This document shows, piece after piece, positions 37,078-47,300 of a stretch of DNA of 55,185 nt. Source of the stretch: a virus. Lineage: Duplodnaviria > Caudoviricetes. The notes beneath the pieces are model-generated. The model saw only the letters and a program-made list of their open reading frames with translations. It had not been told where the DNA came from and ran no database searches. The stretch is taken from the IMG/VR virus record IMGVR_UViG_3300031673_004168, positions 1 to 55,185 of that record. One strand, 5' to 3'. The stretch's first letter is position 1, and the number at the start of each line of letters is the position of its first letter. The position numbers and the translations under genes are program-made.

Positions 37078-37213
37078 GGGTTAGCTTCACGGACTAACTA
37101 AAAAATAGAAAACGTAAGAAAATATAATATAAATAAACAACTTGTTATAACTACTAAAGATATTAAGTATATTTGTTTTCTCGCAACATATAGATATATA
37201 AGGAGTATAAAAA

Positions 37214-38188
37214 ATGAGTACCATTGGTAGCAATGCCTCATTCGGGTATGTAGAAGAAACCGTATGGGCGAGTGGTACGCCAACGATAAATACCTTCATT
37301 CCGTTTATTTCGGAAAGTCTCAAACTTGAACGAAACATAGTCGCAAGCGATGCCATAAGAGGTAACTCCGCAAGGAGTATATGGCGAGAAGGTGCTGAAA
37401 GAGTTAGTGGAGATTTGAGTGTTGAGATTCAGCCGACTGCGTCTATGGGAACGCTATTGAAACACGCTTTAGGGCGTGTAGAGACAGCCGGACCAAGCGG
37501 AACGGATAGTTATTATGTTCACGACATATATCCTTCAGGAAGTTTACCTGCCGGCATTAGAGTGCAGGTAGATAGAGACAGTAAATATTTTGTCTACAAA
37601 GGATGTAAAGTTAATGAGCTATCGTTAGAGTGTGCTGTAGGAGACCCTTTAATGGCAACATTTTCGTTCTTGGGTCATAGCGAAGAATACTCTGCTTTAG
37701 GTACTGCTTCAACAAGTATATCTACCTTAAACCCTTTAACTTTTGACGAAGGTGCGTTTACACTTGATGGGACAAGTGCTGAAGTTCAGTCTTTCTCATT
37801 AACCGTAGCAAACAACCTCAAAGAAGATAAAGGACAGTTAGGTAGTCGTTATAGAGCTGATATACCTCGTAGTGGATTTAGAGACGTTACGGGAACTTTA
37901 AATCTTGAGTTCGATGATTTTACGATGTATAGCAAATACTATAACGGTACTGAAGCGGCTATGGCATTGAAGTTCACTGCTGATGATAAGATAGATACAT
38001 CTGACGCTTATCAGCTTTGGATAGAATGTCCAAGAATAGTATTCACTGGTGAAACCCCGACTGTAGACGGTCCAGATATAGTTTATCACGATATGCCTTT
38101 CACAGCTTTTGCAACTGACAGTCCTTCCGAGGAATGGCAGAGGTACGAAGTTAGGATGAAACTGATAAACGGAGATTCGTCTATCTAA
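37214..38188 (+). CDS. Major tail tube protein
   Basis: EETVW...FISESLK, YKGCKVNELSL and R.VTGTL motifs of siphovirus tube proteins; strong RBS. Confidence 0.85.
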   Translation: MSTIGSNASFGYVEETVWASGTPTINTFIPFISESLKLERNIVASDAIRGNSARSIWREGAERVSGDLSVEIQPTASMGTLLKHALGRVETAGPSGTDSYYVHDIYPSGSLPAGIRVQVDRDSKYFVYKGCKVNELSLECAVGDPLMATFSFLGHSEEYSALGTASTSISTLNPLTFDEGAFTLDGTSAEVQSFSLTVANNLKEDKGQLGSRYRADIPRSGFRDVTGTLNLEFDDFTMYSKYYNGTEAAMALKFTADDKIDTSDAYQLWIECPRIVFTGETPTVDGPDIVYHDMPFTAFATDSPSEEWQRYEVRMKLINGDSSI

Positions 38189-38241
38189 AATGAGCTTAGG
38201 GGGAATGTAAAAAGTTCCCCCGGCTCCACTTCAATTTTCAT

Positions 38242-38688
38242 ATGCCAACATCAAGATTCGTATACACAGATTTCAACACTTTTTTTTCTAAATGGAAAAA
38301 TGCCATGTCTCGTATGCAAAGACAACTTAGAACTCCATTAAGAATGTCAGCTGAGTGGTATATGAAGAATCCGTTGCTTGAACGGTTCAATAAAGAGAGA
38401 ACTCCACAGGGACATAGATGGAAAGCACTAACACCAAGAACGCAGAAAGAAAGAACGGAATTAGGGTACAATCCTACGCACCCGATATTAAGAAGAACAG
38501 GTGCATTGCGTGGAAGTTTCTATAGAGATTTTATAGGACCGTATAAGATTAAAATAGATAACCGAATGGAAAAAGCTAAAAAGCTACATCCAAAACGACC
38601 GTTTTTGGGGTTCAATCGGAAAGATACAACAGGCGTTAAAGACGTATTTGTAAGGTGGTCTTACGATACGCTTACTAAAAGTTTATAA
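38242..38688 (+). CDS. Virion morphogenesis protein (Mu gpG/P2 gpS-like)
   Basis: RF..ERTPQG..WKAL...ILRRTGAL...PKRPFLG. Confidence 0.85.
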   Translation: MPTSRFVYTDFNTFFSKWKNAMSRMQRQLRTPLRMSAEWYMKNPLLERFNKERTPQGHRWKALTPRTQKERTELGYNPTHPILRRTGALRGSFYRDFIGPYKIKIDNRMEKAKKLHPKRPFLGFNRKDTTGVKDVFVRWSYDTLTKSL

Positions 38689-38702
38689 CCAAAGGATACA
38701 CA

Positions 38703-39002
38703 ATGTCAAAACTATTTGCAGAACTATATTCAAAGACAGAAGTTATTGAGGGCGAGAAGTTTACCATATCGAAACTGTCGCTAAAAGACCAGCTTGAAGT
38801 GTCTAAATCGCTTGAAAACGACCTTTCAAGTGGAAGCGTTACAATGATAAAAAGCAGTCTTAAAAAATGGGAAACAGAAGATGGTACAGAGATTGAAATA
38901 AATGATGATAACATTTTAAGATTGCGAAGCGATGTTGTAATGAGCCTTGCAAACGCAATAACTTCGTACAATAACTTGGGCAAAGATAAAGAAAAAAACT
39001 AA
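38703..39002 (+). CDS. Tail assembly chaperone (gpG-like)
   Basis: Upstream of the tape measure gene; ends in the slippery site A AAA AAC. Confidence 0.75.
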   Translation: MSKLFAELYSKTEVIEGEKFTISKLSLKDQLEVSKSLENDLSSGSVTMIKSSLKKWETEDGTEIEINDDNILRLRSDVVMSLANAITSYNNLGKDKEKN

Positions 39003-39235
39003 GAAGGGCGGTAGTGGTAGCGTATAACAACGCAAGCCTGAAAGAGACCCCGCCCGAATATATAATGTTCAGAATATCCGAGAAGTTTGGTTGGACAATA
39101 AACGAGATTTTAGACCAACCGGCAGAAACATTACAGTCATACATAGTTTTAATAAGCGAAGATAACGTACAACAAAAAAGAAAGGCTGATAGTTCCAAAA
39201 GCAAATCAAGCTCTTCAAATTTTAGACGAAAGTAG
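38993..39235 (+). CDS. -1 frameshift extension of the tail chaperone (gpGT-like)
   Basis: AAAAAAC at 38993-38999; the -1 frame is open from there through ORF 39014-39235 (FGWTINEI motif). Confidence 0.75.
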   Translation, partial: KKLRRAVVVAYNNASLKETPPEYIMFRISEKFGWTINEILDQPAETLQSYIVLISEDNVQQKRKADSSKSKSSSSNFRRK

Positions 39236-39240
39236 AATAG

Positions 39241-42159
39241 ATGGCTAACGAGATTTTTGTAACCATAGGTGCTAAATTCCAAAGCGACATGAACGCACAG
39301 TTAGGTAGTGTCCAGAAGAAAGGCATGGCGGCACAGAACTCTATGAATGGGTTAGGTCGTGCGGCGTTTTTCGCAGGATTTGGGCTGAAACAAATGGGTC
39401 GAGAGATGCTTACCGCAGGCATGGCTTTAGGTAGCTTGGCTGTTATGGCGGCAAAAGCGTTCGCAGACTTTGAAGATGCCGTTATGACTACTGGTGCTAC
39501 GGCACAGCTTACGTCTGAACAGTACAAAGAAATGGGTACGGTTATACTTGATTTGGCACGAAGTACGGTATTCACAGCTAACGAAATTGGTAAAGCTACA
39601 GTAGTCTTGGCACAGGCAGGATTGGCGTTTGACGAAATTAAGTTTGCGATTAAAGGTGTAACGCAACTATCTACTGCGTTTGCTACTGACTTGGAATCTA
39701 CGTCTAAAGCGGTTGTTCAGACAATAAGACAGTTCGGGTTAGAGTTTAGCGAGACAGAACGAGTAGTAAACCTTTTTGCGGCGGCGGCAACTTCGAGTAG
39801 ATTGACAGTTAAGACTTTAGGTCAAGCTATGTCTAATGTCGGTCCGGTCGCAAAGGTATTAGGCGTAAGTTTAGAAACCGTAACTGCTATTTTAGGACAC
39901 ATGGCTAATGTCGGCATAGACGGCACGAAAAGTGGTAGACAGTTAAGAATAATGATGTTACGTTTGGCAACTGCTATGCCACATACTTCTTCTAAGAAAA
40001 TAAATGACGCTTTAAAAGATTTAACCCTTACGTTCAACGACATAAACCCAGCCACCAATGATTTTATAGATATATTGCTGAAACTAAAGAAGGCTAATAT
40101 AGGTGCGTCAGAAGCCAGTGTATTATTCAGGCAAAGAGCGGCGGCAACAGGATTAAGCCTTGTTGAGAATGCCGAAAAGATAGCAGAACTTAGGGATAGA
40201 ATAACAGGCACTCAAAGAGCGTATGAAGTATTTGGATTGAGAATGGTAACGCTTACCGCTAAGGCAGAGATATTTAAAGATTCAATTATAGCTTTAGGTG
40301 TTTCTATTGGGAAACTTTTAGAAGGTGGAATTAAAGTCATTGTAGACAAAGGCACAGATTTTGTAAAGGGTTTAATCGAGAATGATGAACAAGTTAAAAA
40401 CATAACAGAATCTATTATTAAATGGACAGGTGCATTAGTCGGTGGCGGTGGTCTTTTGATTGCTGTTGGAAGCCTTATAGGTTTCATGGCGATTTTAAGT
40501 GTTATGGGTGCTCCAATTTGGGCGGCGTTTCTTGCACTTGCAGGTATCTTTGGTGCGGCAAGTTGGGCTGGCAATAAATTATCAGAAAGTATCTTAGGTG
40601 TAAGTAACGCTTTCGAGGAAAGCCAAACTAAAATAAAACAGGATTTAATGGCGACAGATAGGCTCATAAACGAATATGAGATATTAAGAGGCAAAGCCGA
40701 TTCAAGTAGAGGTGCACAGAAAAAGTTAAAAGAGATAACAGATGAACTCAAAGAAACATATCCAGAATTGGTTGAGCAAATAAATGAGTTTGCTGAAGGG
40801 CTAAGAAAAGGGTCTGAATTTCAGAAAGATGTTTTTAATGAAGCAACAAGAAAATCTATTGAAGCACATACTAAAAAGATAAAAGAACTTAATGATGAAT
40901 TAAATAGACAAGAAGAATCTAACATTGTATGGCGTGGAATGTTAGCTATTTTTGATGAAGCGAAAGAAAAAGCCGAAGAAGGAAGTAATTTTATATCTAA
41001 AAAGTTTCAACAAATTCAAGGTAATGTAAAAAAGTCTATTGATGAAGGCGGTAAATTACATTTTCTTACAGAAGCAAATGAAGCTTTAGAATCATGGTAT
41101 AAAAATTTAGTAACTGGTGGAGATAGATTTAAAAAAGATGTAGCTGACCCTATAAAAACAGAAATAGATGTTTTGAAAGGCAAAATTGAAGATTTGAATG
41201 AGACATCTTCTCTAAAAGAATTTGTCGAAGAAGCTAAAAAAGCACCCATGACTTTAAACGAGATTAAAGCTCTTACAGACCAAATAGATACTAACTTAAA
41301 AAGCTGGGAAATTCCAGTATCTGATACAACTAAAAAACTTGATGACTTAAAAAGGGAATTTGATGATGCGGTAGCCTCAAATCTGGCTTCTCAAAAATTA
41401 TTAGACGACCAACTAAAAAACAGCAAAGCTGGTTTGATTTCCCTTACAACAGACCAAATATTAGCAACTGAAGAAGGTGCTACTAAAAACAAAGTGGCTT
41501 TAGAACAAATAACAGAAGCATATCGAAGAATGGTTGCCGACACACATGGTCTTAATCGAGAGTTCAAAATGGACTTTATGAGCCTTACAGGCGATATGGT
41601 AGATTTCTGGACAGACGCTATTGACGGCATGATAACCAAAACAAAGACTTGGCAAGACGTTTGGCAGGATATACTCACACAAGCACGCAGATTTTTTATT
41701 CAGTCTTTTCTTCAGATTATATTCAATAAATGGCGAGAAACAATGGGTGCCATGCAAACTGGTGGTAGCGGTGGAAGTTGGGTAGACATACTATTAAAAA
41801 GTATAGGAATGTTCGCCGGAATTAAGGGTGGTGGCACACCTGCAACAACTTCAAATGCCGCAAGTGCTTCTTATTTTTCAAATCTTCAGCGTTCAGATGT
41901 TGGGTTCGCAAGCGGAGGTATAGCAACAGCTCCAACAGCTGGAATATTCGGTGAAGCAGGACCAGAAGCACTCATACCATTAGACAGATTAAACGAGTTT
42001 ACAGGTGCGAAAACTCAAGAGATAACAGTAGTAAACGTAATAGACCCATCATTCGTGCCAGCTTCAATAGTAAAAGACCCACGAGTAATTATAAACATAA
42101 TCAACCAAGACTTAATTGAAGCTGGGTCAACTCGTAGAACTTTAAGGAGAAGCCAGTAG
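39241..42159 (+). CDS. Tape measure protein (TP901-like core)
   Basis: 972 aa, Ala-rich helical; FTANE...LAQAG; hydrophobic mid-segment; C-terminal FASGG...GEAGPEALIPL. Confidence 0.92.
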   Translation: MANEIFVTIGAKFQSDMNAQLGSVQKKGMAAQNSMNGLGRAAFFAGFGLKQMGREMLTAGMALGSLAVMAAKAFADFEDAVMTTGATAQLTSEQYKEMGTVILDLARSTVFTANEIGKATVVLAQAGLAFDEIKFAIKGVTQLSTAFATDLESTSKAVVQTIRQFGLEFSETERVVNLFAAAATSSRLTVKTLGQAMSNVGPVAKVLGVSLETVTAILGHMANVGIDGTKSGRQLRIMMLRLATAMPHTSSKKINDALKDLTLTFNDINPATNDFIDILLKLKKANIGASEASVLFRQRAAATGLSLVENAEKIAELRDRITGTQRAYEVFGLRMVTLTAKAEIFKDSIIALGVSIGKLLEGGIKVIVDKGTDFVKGLIENDEQVKNITESIIKWTGALVGGGGLLIAVGSLIGFMAILSVMGAPIWAAFLALAGIFGAASWAGNKLSESILGVSNAFEESQTKIKQDLMATDRLINEYEILRGKADSSRGAQKKLKEITDELKETYPELVEQINEFAEGLRKGSEFQKDVFNEATRKSIEAHTKKIKELNDELNRQEESNIVWRGMLAIFDEAKEKAEEGSNFISKKFQQIQGNVKKSIDEGGKLHFLTEANEALESWYKNLVTGGDRFKKDVADPIKTEIDVLKGKIEDLNETSSLKEFVEEAKKAPMTLNEIKALTDQIDTNLKSWEIPVSDTTKKLDDLKREFDDAVASNLASQKLLDDQLKNSKAGLISLTTDQILATEEGATKNKVALEQITEAYRRMVADTHGLNREFKMDFMSLTGDMVDFWTDAIDGMITKTKTWQDVWQDILTQARRFFIQSFLQIIFNKWRETMGAMQTGGSGGSWVDILLKSIGMFAGIKGGGTPATTSNAASASYFSNLQRSDVGFASGGIATAPTAGIFGEAGPEALIPLDRLNEFTGAKTQEITVVNVIDPSFVPASIVKDPRVIINIINQDLIEAGSTRRTLRRSQ

Positions 42160-42160
42160 T

Positions 42161-42496
42161 ATGGCGACATTCCCAAGCATAACCCCACAATATCCATTTG
42201 TTGAAGTTACGCAATACGGTAACTTAATAAACGATATTTGGGGTAAAGAAAAAAGACGTAACCTTTGGGGTCCGAAAAAAGGGTTTCATCTTAAATACGA
42301 CCATATAAGTTTATCTGACGCAAGAAGTATAGTTGAGTTTTTTGACGCAAGACGTGGTAACTACGAATCGTTTTCTTGGACGCATCCTTTAACTGATGTT
42401 TCTTATACAGTAAGGTTTGCAGAATCAAACATTACACGAAAAGAAGTTGGTGTGAACGCTTTTAATATAGAGTTTGATTTGGTAGAGGAGCTATGA
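42161..42496 (+). CDS. Distal tail / minor tail protein (lambda gpM-like)
   Basis: FFDARRG..ESFSW.HP...VRF motif right after the tape measure gene. Confidence 0.75.
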   Translation: MATFPSITPQYPFVEVTQYGNLINDIWGKEKRRNLWGPKKGFHLKYDHISLSDARSIVEFFDARRGNYESFSWTHPLTDVSYTVRFAESNITRKEVGVNAFNIEFDLVEEL

Positions 42497-42577
42497 TGGA
42501 AGTTTTATTTCATGGGTATCAACATTTGCCGATATATATTTATACGGTATTACTTTTAACAGAAATAATGAGGCGAA

Positions 42578-42772
42578 ATGGAAGATAAGAAAATATATGA
42601 ACGTGGCGTTGTTCCGCAGAAAGAGCCAAGAAAGAAATCCAACTGTTCGCTTGAGAGATACCAAAGAATTACGGGTTATTTCCAAAGCACACATGCATGG
42701 AACCCGGGCAAGGTTTCTGAACTAAAGGACAGAAAATATTACAATATCGAAGAGGAAAAACTAAATGGCTGA
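42578..42772 (+). CDS. Stand-alone NrdD C-terminal glycyl-radical peptide
   Basis: YQRITGYF...WNPGKVSELKDR is the class III RNR C-terminal signature; GAGG RBS. Confidence 0.8.
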   Translation: MEDKKIYERGVVPQKEPRKKSNCSLERYQRITGYFQSTHAWNPGKVSELKDRKYYNIEEEKLNG

Positions 42773-43100
42773 TTTCGTATTGCAACCAAATTACGTCTAC
42801 ACCGAGGTAATAGGCTACAACACAAACATAGTCTCATTCACGTCTGGCAAAGAAGCACGATATTCCAAAGGTTCGGCTATCCATGAGTTTCAGTTAGTTT
42901 ACAGCATGGCAGATGATACGCAAAGAGACACTATTGTAGACTTTTTCAATGCAAAAACAGGAATTTTAACAACATTCACTTGGGACAACCCAACTGACAA
43001 CACAACTTATACAGTCCGATTTAAAGAAGATTCTTTATCGGTAGAAACTTATGATTATGGAATCCACAGAATAACTTTTTCATTTATAGAGGAAATTTAG
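42765..43100 (+). CDS. Second distal tail / minor tail protein (gpM-like)
   Basis: FFNAKTG...FTWDNP...YTVRF, paralogous to 42161-42496. Confidence 0.75.
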   Translation: MADFVLQPNYVYTEVIGYNTNIVSFTSGKEARYSKGSAIHEFQLVYSMADDTQRDTIVDFFNAKTGILTTFTWDNPTDNTTYTVRFKEDSLSVETYDYGIHRITFSFIEEI

Positions 43101-43101
43101 C

Positions 43102-43944
43102 ATGGCAAGAGATTTATCATCAAATTTAGTTACAGCGACAGAAGCGTCAGAATCCAGACCGATTGAACTATACATAATTCATCTTGATAGTGCCACACTT
43201 TATTTTGCGGCGAACGATACTAATGTAGATTTCTATGATTTAAACGGGGACGCTCAAGAATATACCGCTGTTGCTATTTCAAGAAACGATATTAGCAGTA
43301 ACATAGATATTCACGTAGACACCATGACAGTCAGATTAAACAATGTAAATCAAGCTATGTCAAGTTATGTAGCTAATAACGATTTCAGGGGCAGACGATT
43401 GGTTTGTTTAAAAGTATTTTCTGATTATCTTGATAACTCTGACGATTACACAGTTGTTTTTGACGGACTAATGGATAAACCAGTATTGGTAGAAACGCAA
43501 ATGCAAGTAAGCGTTGTGTCAAGATTGGGAACTTTAAATCTAAAGTGTCCAAGAAGAATGTATCAGGTAGCTTGCAATTGGGAGTTTGGTGCGACGGAAT
43601 GTGCATATGATATAGAAGCTACTGGTATATCAGGTCAGACCGCTACAAGTGGCAATACAACTACGTTCTGGGACGATAGCAGGGCAGAGGCTAACGATTA
43701 TTTCAAACATGGCGAAATATTATGGGTGTCAGCAGGGCTTAACTCTTCCGAGAAACGAAAAATAACAGTATCGAGTGGCACGAAATTTGTAATGGATTAT
43801 GCGTTACCTTCTGGTGTGAATCTAAACGATACGTATACAATGAAACGAGGGTGTCCTAAAACGCATTTATGGTGTAGTGGATTAAGTAACTTAGACAATT
43901 ACGGCGGATTTTCTAATCTTCCGTGGGAAATAATAATTCGTTAA
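43102..43944 (+). CDS. Tail tip/hub protein (lambda gpL / DUF2163-BR0599-like)
   Basis: RRMYQVAC...C, GCPKT...C and NYGGF Cys motifs. Confidence 0.82.
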   Translation: MARDLSSNLVTATEASESRPIELYIIHLDSATLYFAANDTNVDFYDLNGDAQEYTAVAISRNDISSNIDIHVDTMTVRLNNVNQAMSSYVANNDFRGRRLVCLKVFSDYLDNSDDYTVVFDGLMDKPVLVETQMQVSVVSRLGTLNLKCPRRMYQVACNWEFGATECAYDIEATGISGQTATSGNTTTFWDDSRAEANDYFKHGEILWVSAGLNSSEKRKITVSSGTKFVMDYALPSGVNLNDTYTMKRGCPKTHLWCSGLSNLDNYGGFSNLPWEIIIR

Positions 43945-43953
43945 GGAGATAAA

Positions 43954-44376
43954 ATGTATCATTGGTCAGACGATTATGTAGGTAGAAGATTATTTGAAGA
44001 TGAACATGGATATAAAGGTCATAAGATGTGTCTTTTATTAGCTTTAGAAATCCTTGAAAAACATCTTAACTTTGCTGTGTATAAACCGACTAAACAACTT
44101 ATACGAGAAACAGAAGAAAACTGGTATGAAGATTATCCGTATATATTAGTAACTCACGCACATAGTTATGGTAACACGCTTAACAACATAAAAGACCTTA
44201 AAGAGTTTGATTTAGTATTTTTCAAGATAGACAACGCTATAAGACATTGTGGTGTAATGATAAACGATTACGGTAAATTCGTACACCAACTCAAAGACAG
44301 ACCAGTGCAGATAGACAGATTAAGTTCTAAACATTGGTCTAAACGATTTTTTTGTGGACTACGTATTAAAAGATGA
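43954..44376 (+). CDS. NlpC/P60-like tail-associated protein (gpK-like)
   Basis: Catalytic-type C...DLVFF...HCGV...FVH; position between gpL-like and gpJ-like genes. Confidence 0.75.
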   Translation: MYHWSDDYVGRRLFEDEHGYKGHKMCLLLALEILEKHLNFAVYKPTKQLIRETEENWYEDYPYILVTHAHSYGNTLNNIKDLKEFDLVFFKIDNAIRHCGVMINDYGKFVHQLKDRPVQIDRLSSKHWSKRFFCGLRIKR

Positions 44377-47300
44377 GCAAATCTCCTGGATTTAGAATAA
44401 AAGAGTACCAAACACTAAAAGAACTTGCCGAAGAAAAACTATCGTCACCAAACGCAGATAAGAATTTAGTTGAAATAAAAGACGCTATTGACAAAAAAGA
44501 AATTGGCGATAGTGTAGGTCAGATGATAGGTGCTGTTGTAGGCGGTATTATTGGCGTAGCGTTAGCACCAGTAACTTTTGGTGCGAGTGCGTTTTGGTCT
44601 TTTGCTACTCTAACAGCCGTAATAGCAGGGGCTTCTTTAGGTTCTTCGGTTGGTGGAATAATAGACCCACCCAGACCGCCTTCATTAAGCCAAGACTTTT
44701 CTTCGGGTTCACCTACATATGCGTTTGACGCTTCATATAACACAACTTCTAATCAATATCCAGTACCAGTACTTTATGGAAAAGTTAAAGTAGCAGGTAA
44801 CAATATTTGGCTTAGCGACCCTGGGACAACAACGCTTCATAAATTTGTAGGCATATCAGAAGGCGAGATAAATAGCGTATCAGAAGTAAAACTTAACGAT
44901 ATAGACATAGATGATATAACAGGCTGTTCTTATGATTTATATACAGGGACTTCTTCGCAAACGGTAGACTCAAGGGCAGACGGTGCTGTTGACGGATTAC
45001 GATACACAGCTTACATGGCAGTAACAATGGAAACTGGCGATAAGTTGCGTGGCGGAAACCCTGTATTGACAGGTGTTTACGAAGGAATAAAGGTAAAAAC
45101 TTGGAACGGAAGTGCGTGGTCTGACGGTACTTCTTATAGCAACAACCCAGCGGCTTGCATAAGAGATTTTCTTACGAACACAAGATACGGTGCAGGCATT
45201 CCAGAAGCGTCTTTAGACGATACCACGTTTGGCGAGATATACGATTATTGTGATGTGTTAGTAGACAAAGCAGACGGTACAGGTCAAGAAAAACGGTATA
45301 CTTTAAATTTATGTATAGATAGCAGACAGTCCGTTCCTGATATGTTACAGATAATGTTATCTTGTTTTGGTGGATACTTAATTTTAAGTGGCACGACAGT
45401 AAAGTTAGGTATCGAGAAATCAGAAAGTACAACACAGAGTTTTACAGAAGATACTATCGTAGCAGGAAGTTTATCGCATAGCAAATTAGGCAAAGACGAA
45501 GTTGCCAATAGAATAAAGATTCAGTATGTAGACCCAGATTATAACTGGATAAAGATATACGCTTTAGCGGAAGATAAAATAAACCAAGATGAACGATATG
45601 ATTTAGGTTTAGGCGAAAAAGTTATTGAGAAAGAAATGTCTTTGCTTGGAATTACAAGTTTCAGTCAAGCGTCTCGATTAGCAAATATGTATCTTTATCT
45701 TGATAAACTTTGTGATTCGTATATTACTTTCAAAACCTCACTAAGAGGTGTAGTTTGCGAAGTTGGTGATGTGGTAAGCATTACGCACAGTATGCCTGGG
45801 TGGACTGCAAAGCTATTCAAAGTGCTTCAAATGCGGTTTGCTGAAAACGATACCATTGAAGTTACCGCAAGAGAATACAACGCTTCGATATATTCGGATA
45901 AGCCGGGACAAGAAATAGTAGTTCCTGATTATGGCACTGTAACAAACGAGTTAACACCGCCAGACGCTCCTGATACCGTTACAGCAACAGAAAGCGGATA
46001 CCTTAACGCGGACGGAACTTGGATACCTACAATATCAGCAGAATGGACAGACAACCAAAACAAGTCATATATCAGCCATTACGAAGTTCAATGGAAACGT
46101 GGCGGGGGAGACTATTTTACTTATAGCACAACGGCTGATTTGGCTATGGAACTTTCACCTGCACAGGTAGACGTTGTTTATGTGATAAGAGTTAGAGCTG
46201 TTACAATAGACGGTCTTAAATCAGATTTTACTTCAAGCAATAGCTTAACAATAAACGGCAGGTCAGACGAACCTAATGACGTTGACGCTTATTCATACAC
46301 GTTCAAGAAAAGCCTTATTATACGTTGGGACGGTGTAACTGATAACGATTTATCAGGATACGAAATAAGAGATATAGACGAAAGCTGGGGTGATTCTACT
46401 GGTCTTGTTTGGAGAGGTAATACCGAGAGCTGGAACGACCCGAACCCTTCAAGCACAAGTGATACCTACTATATAAAAGCGTTCAACAATAGCGGTTACT
46501 ATTCTGCTAACGCATTATCAATGCCGTTCATAAACGAAGCCCCGTTAAATGTAACAGGGTTTACAGGTACTTTTGATAACAATATCTCGTTGTCTTGGGA
46601 TAACATGGACACTAATAGCGATTTGGATAGATACGAGGTAAGAACTTCCGACGCTAATTGGGGAGTATCAGGAACTTCTAATTTGACGTTTAATGGCTAT
46701 GCCTTAACCGCAGAGAATATTGACCCATCAGGTGCAAGAAGTAGAACTTTCTATATTAAAGCGTTTGATGTGCATGGTCAAGAATCGGTAAGTGCTTCTG
46801 ATACAACTGTCGAGAATGACGTTCCTGAAACACCTACTTTAACAGGTACAGTATTCGCAGACATGGCAAGACTGTCTTGGAACGATTTATATGATATTGA
46901 CCTTAAATATTACGAAGTATGGGAAGACCAAGAAAACACTTGGGACGGTAGCGAATCTAAAATAGCAAGCATAAACACTACTCACTACGAGCTTACCAGC
47001 AATAGAGACTTTGTTGAAGGCATAACGAAGGGAACTCCTTCTTCAACTGTTATAGCATTATCTGGAACGAACGTAAGCACAGTAAACGATTATTATAATA
47101 GCGACAGGATTTTTATAAAAACTTCCGGCACAGTTTTTGAGGAACGAACAATATCTGACTACGATGGCACGGCAAGCGAAATTACCGTCTCCCCTGCTTT
47201 GACTTATATCCCCCCTGCCGGAGTAAGTTATCACATAGACAACACGGCATATTACAAAGTAGTAGGTGTAGACAACTTCGGGTCAGGCACTTTATCAAAC

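Noticed and set aside
15337-37198. TATAGATATA as a late promoter (15337 and 37189, before the capsid and tail-tube genes)
   Set aside because: Low-complexity AT motif that also occurs inside coding regions (near 27254 and 40064); not distinguishable from chance by eye.
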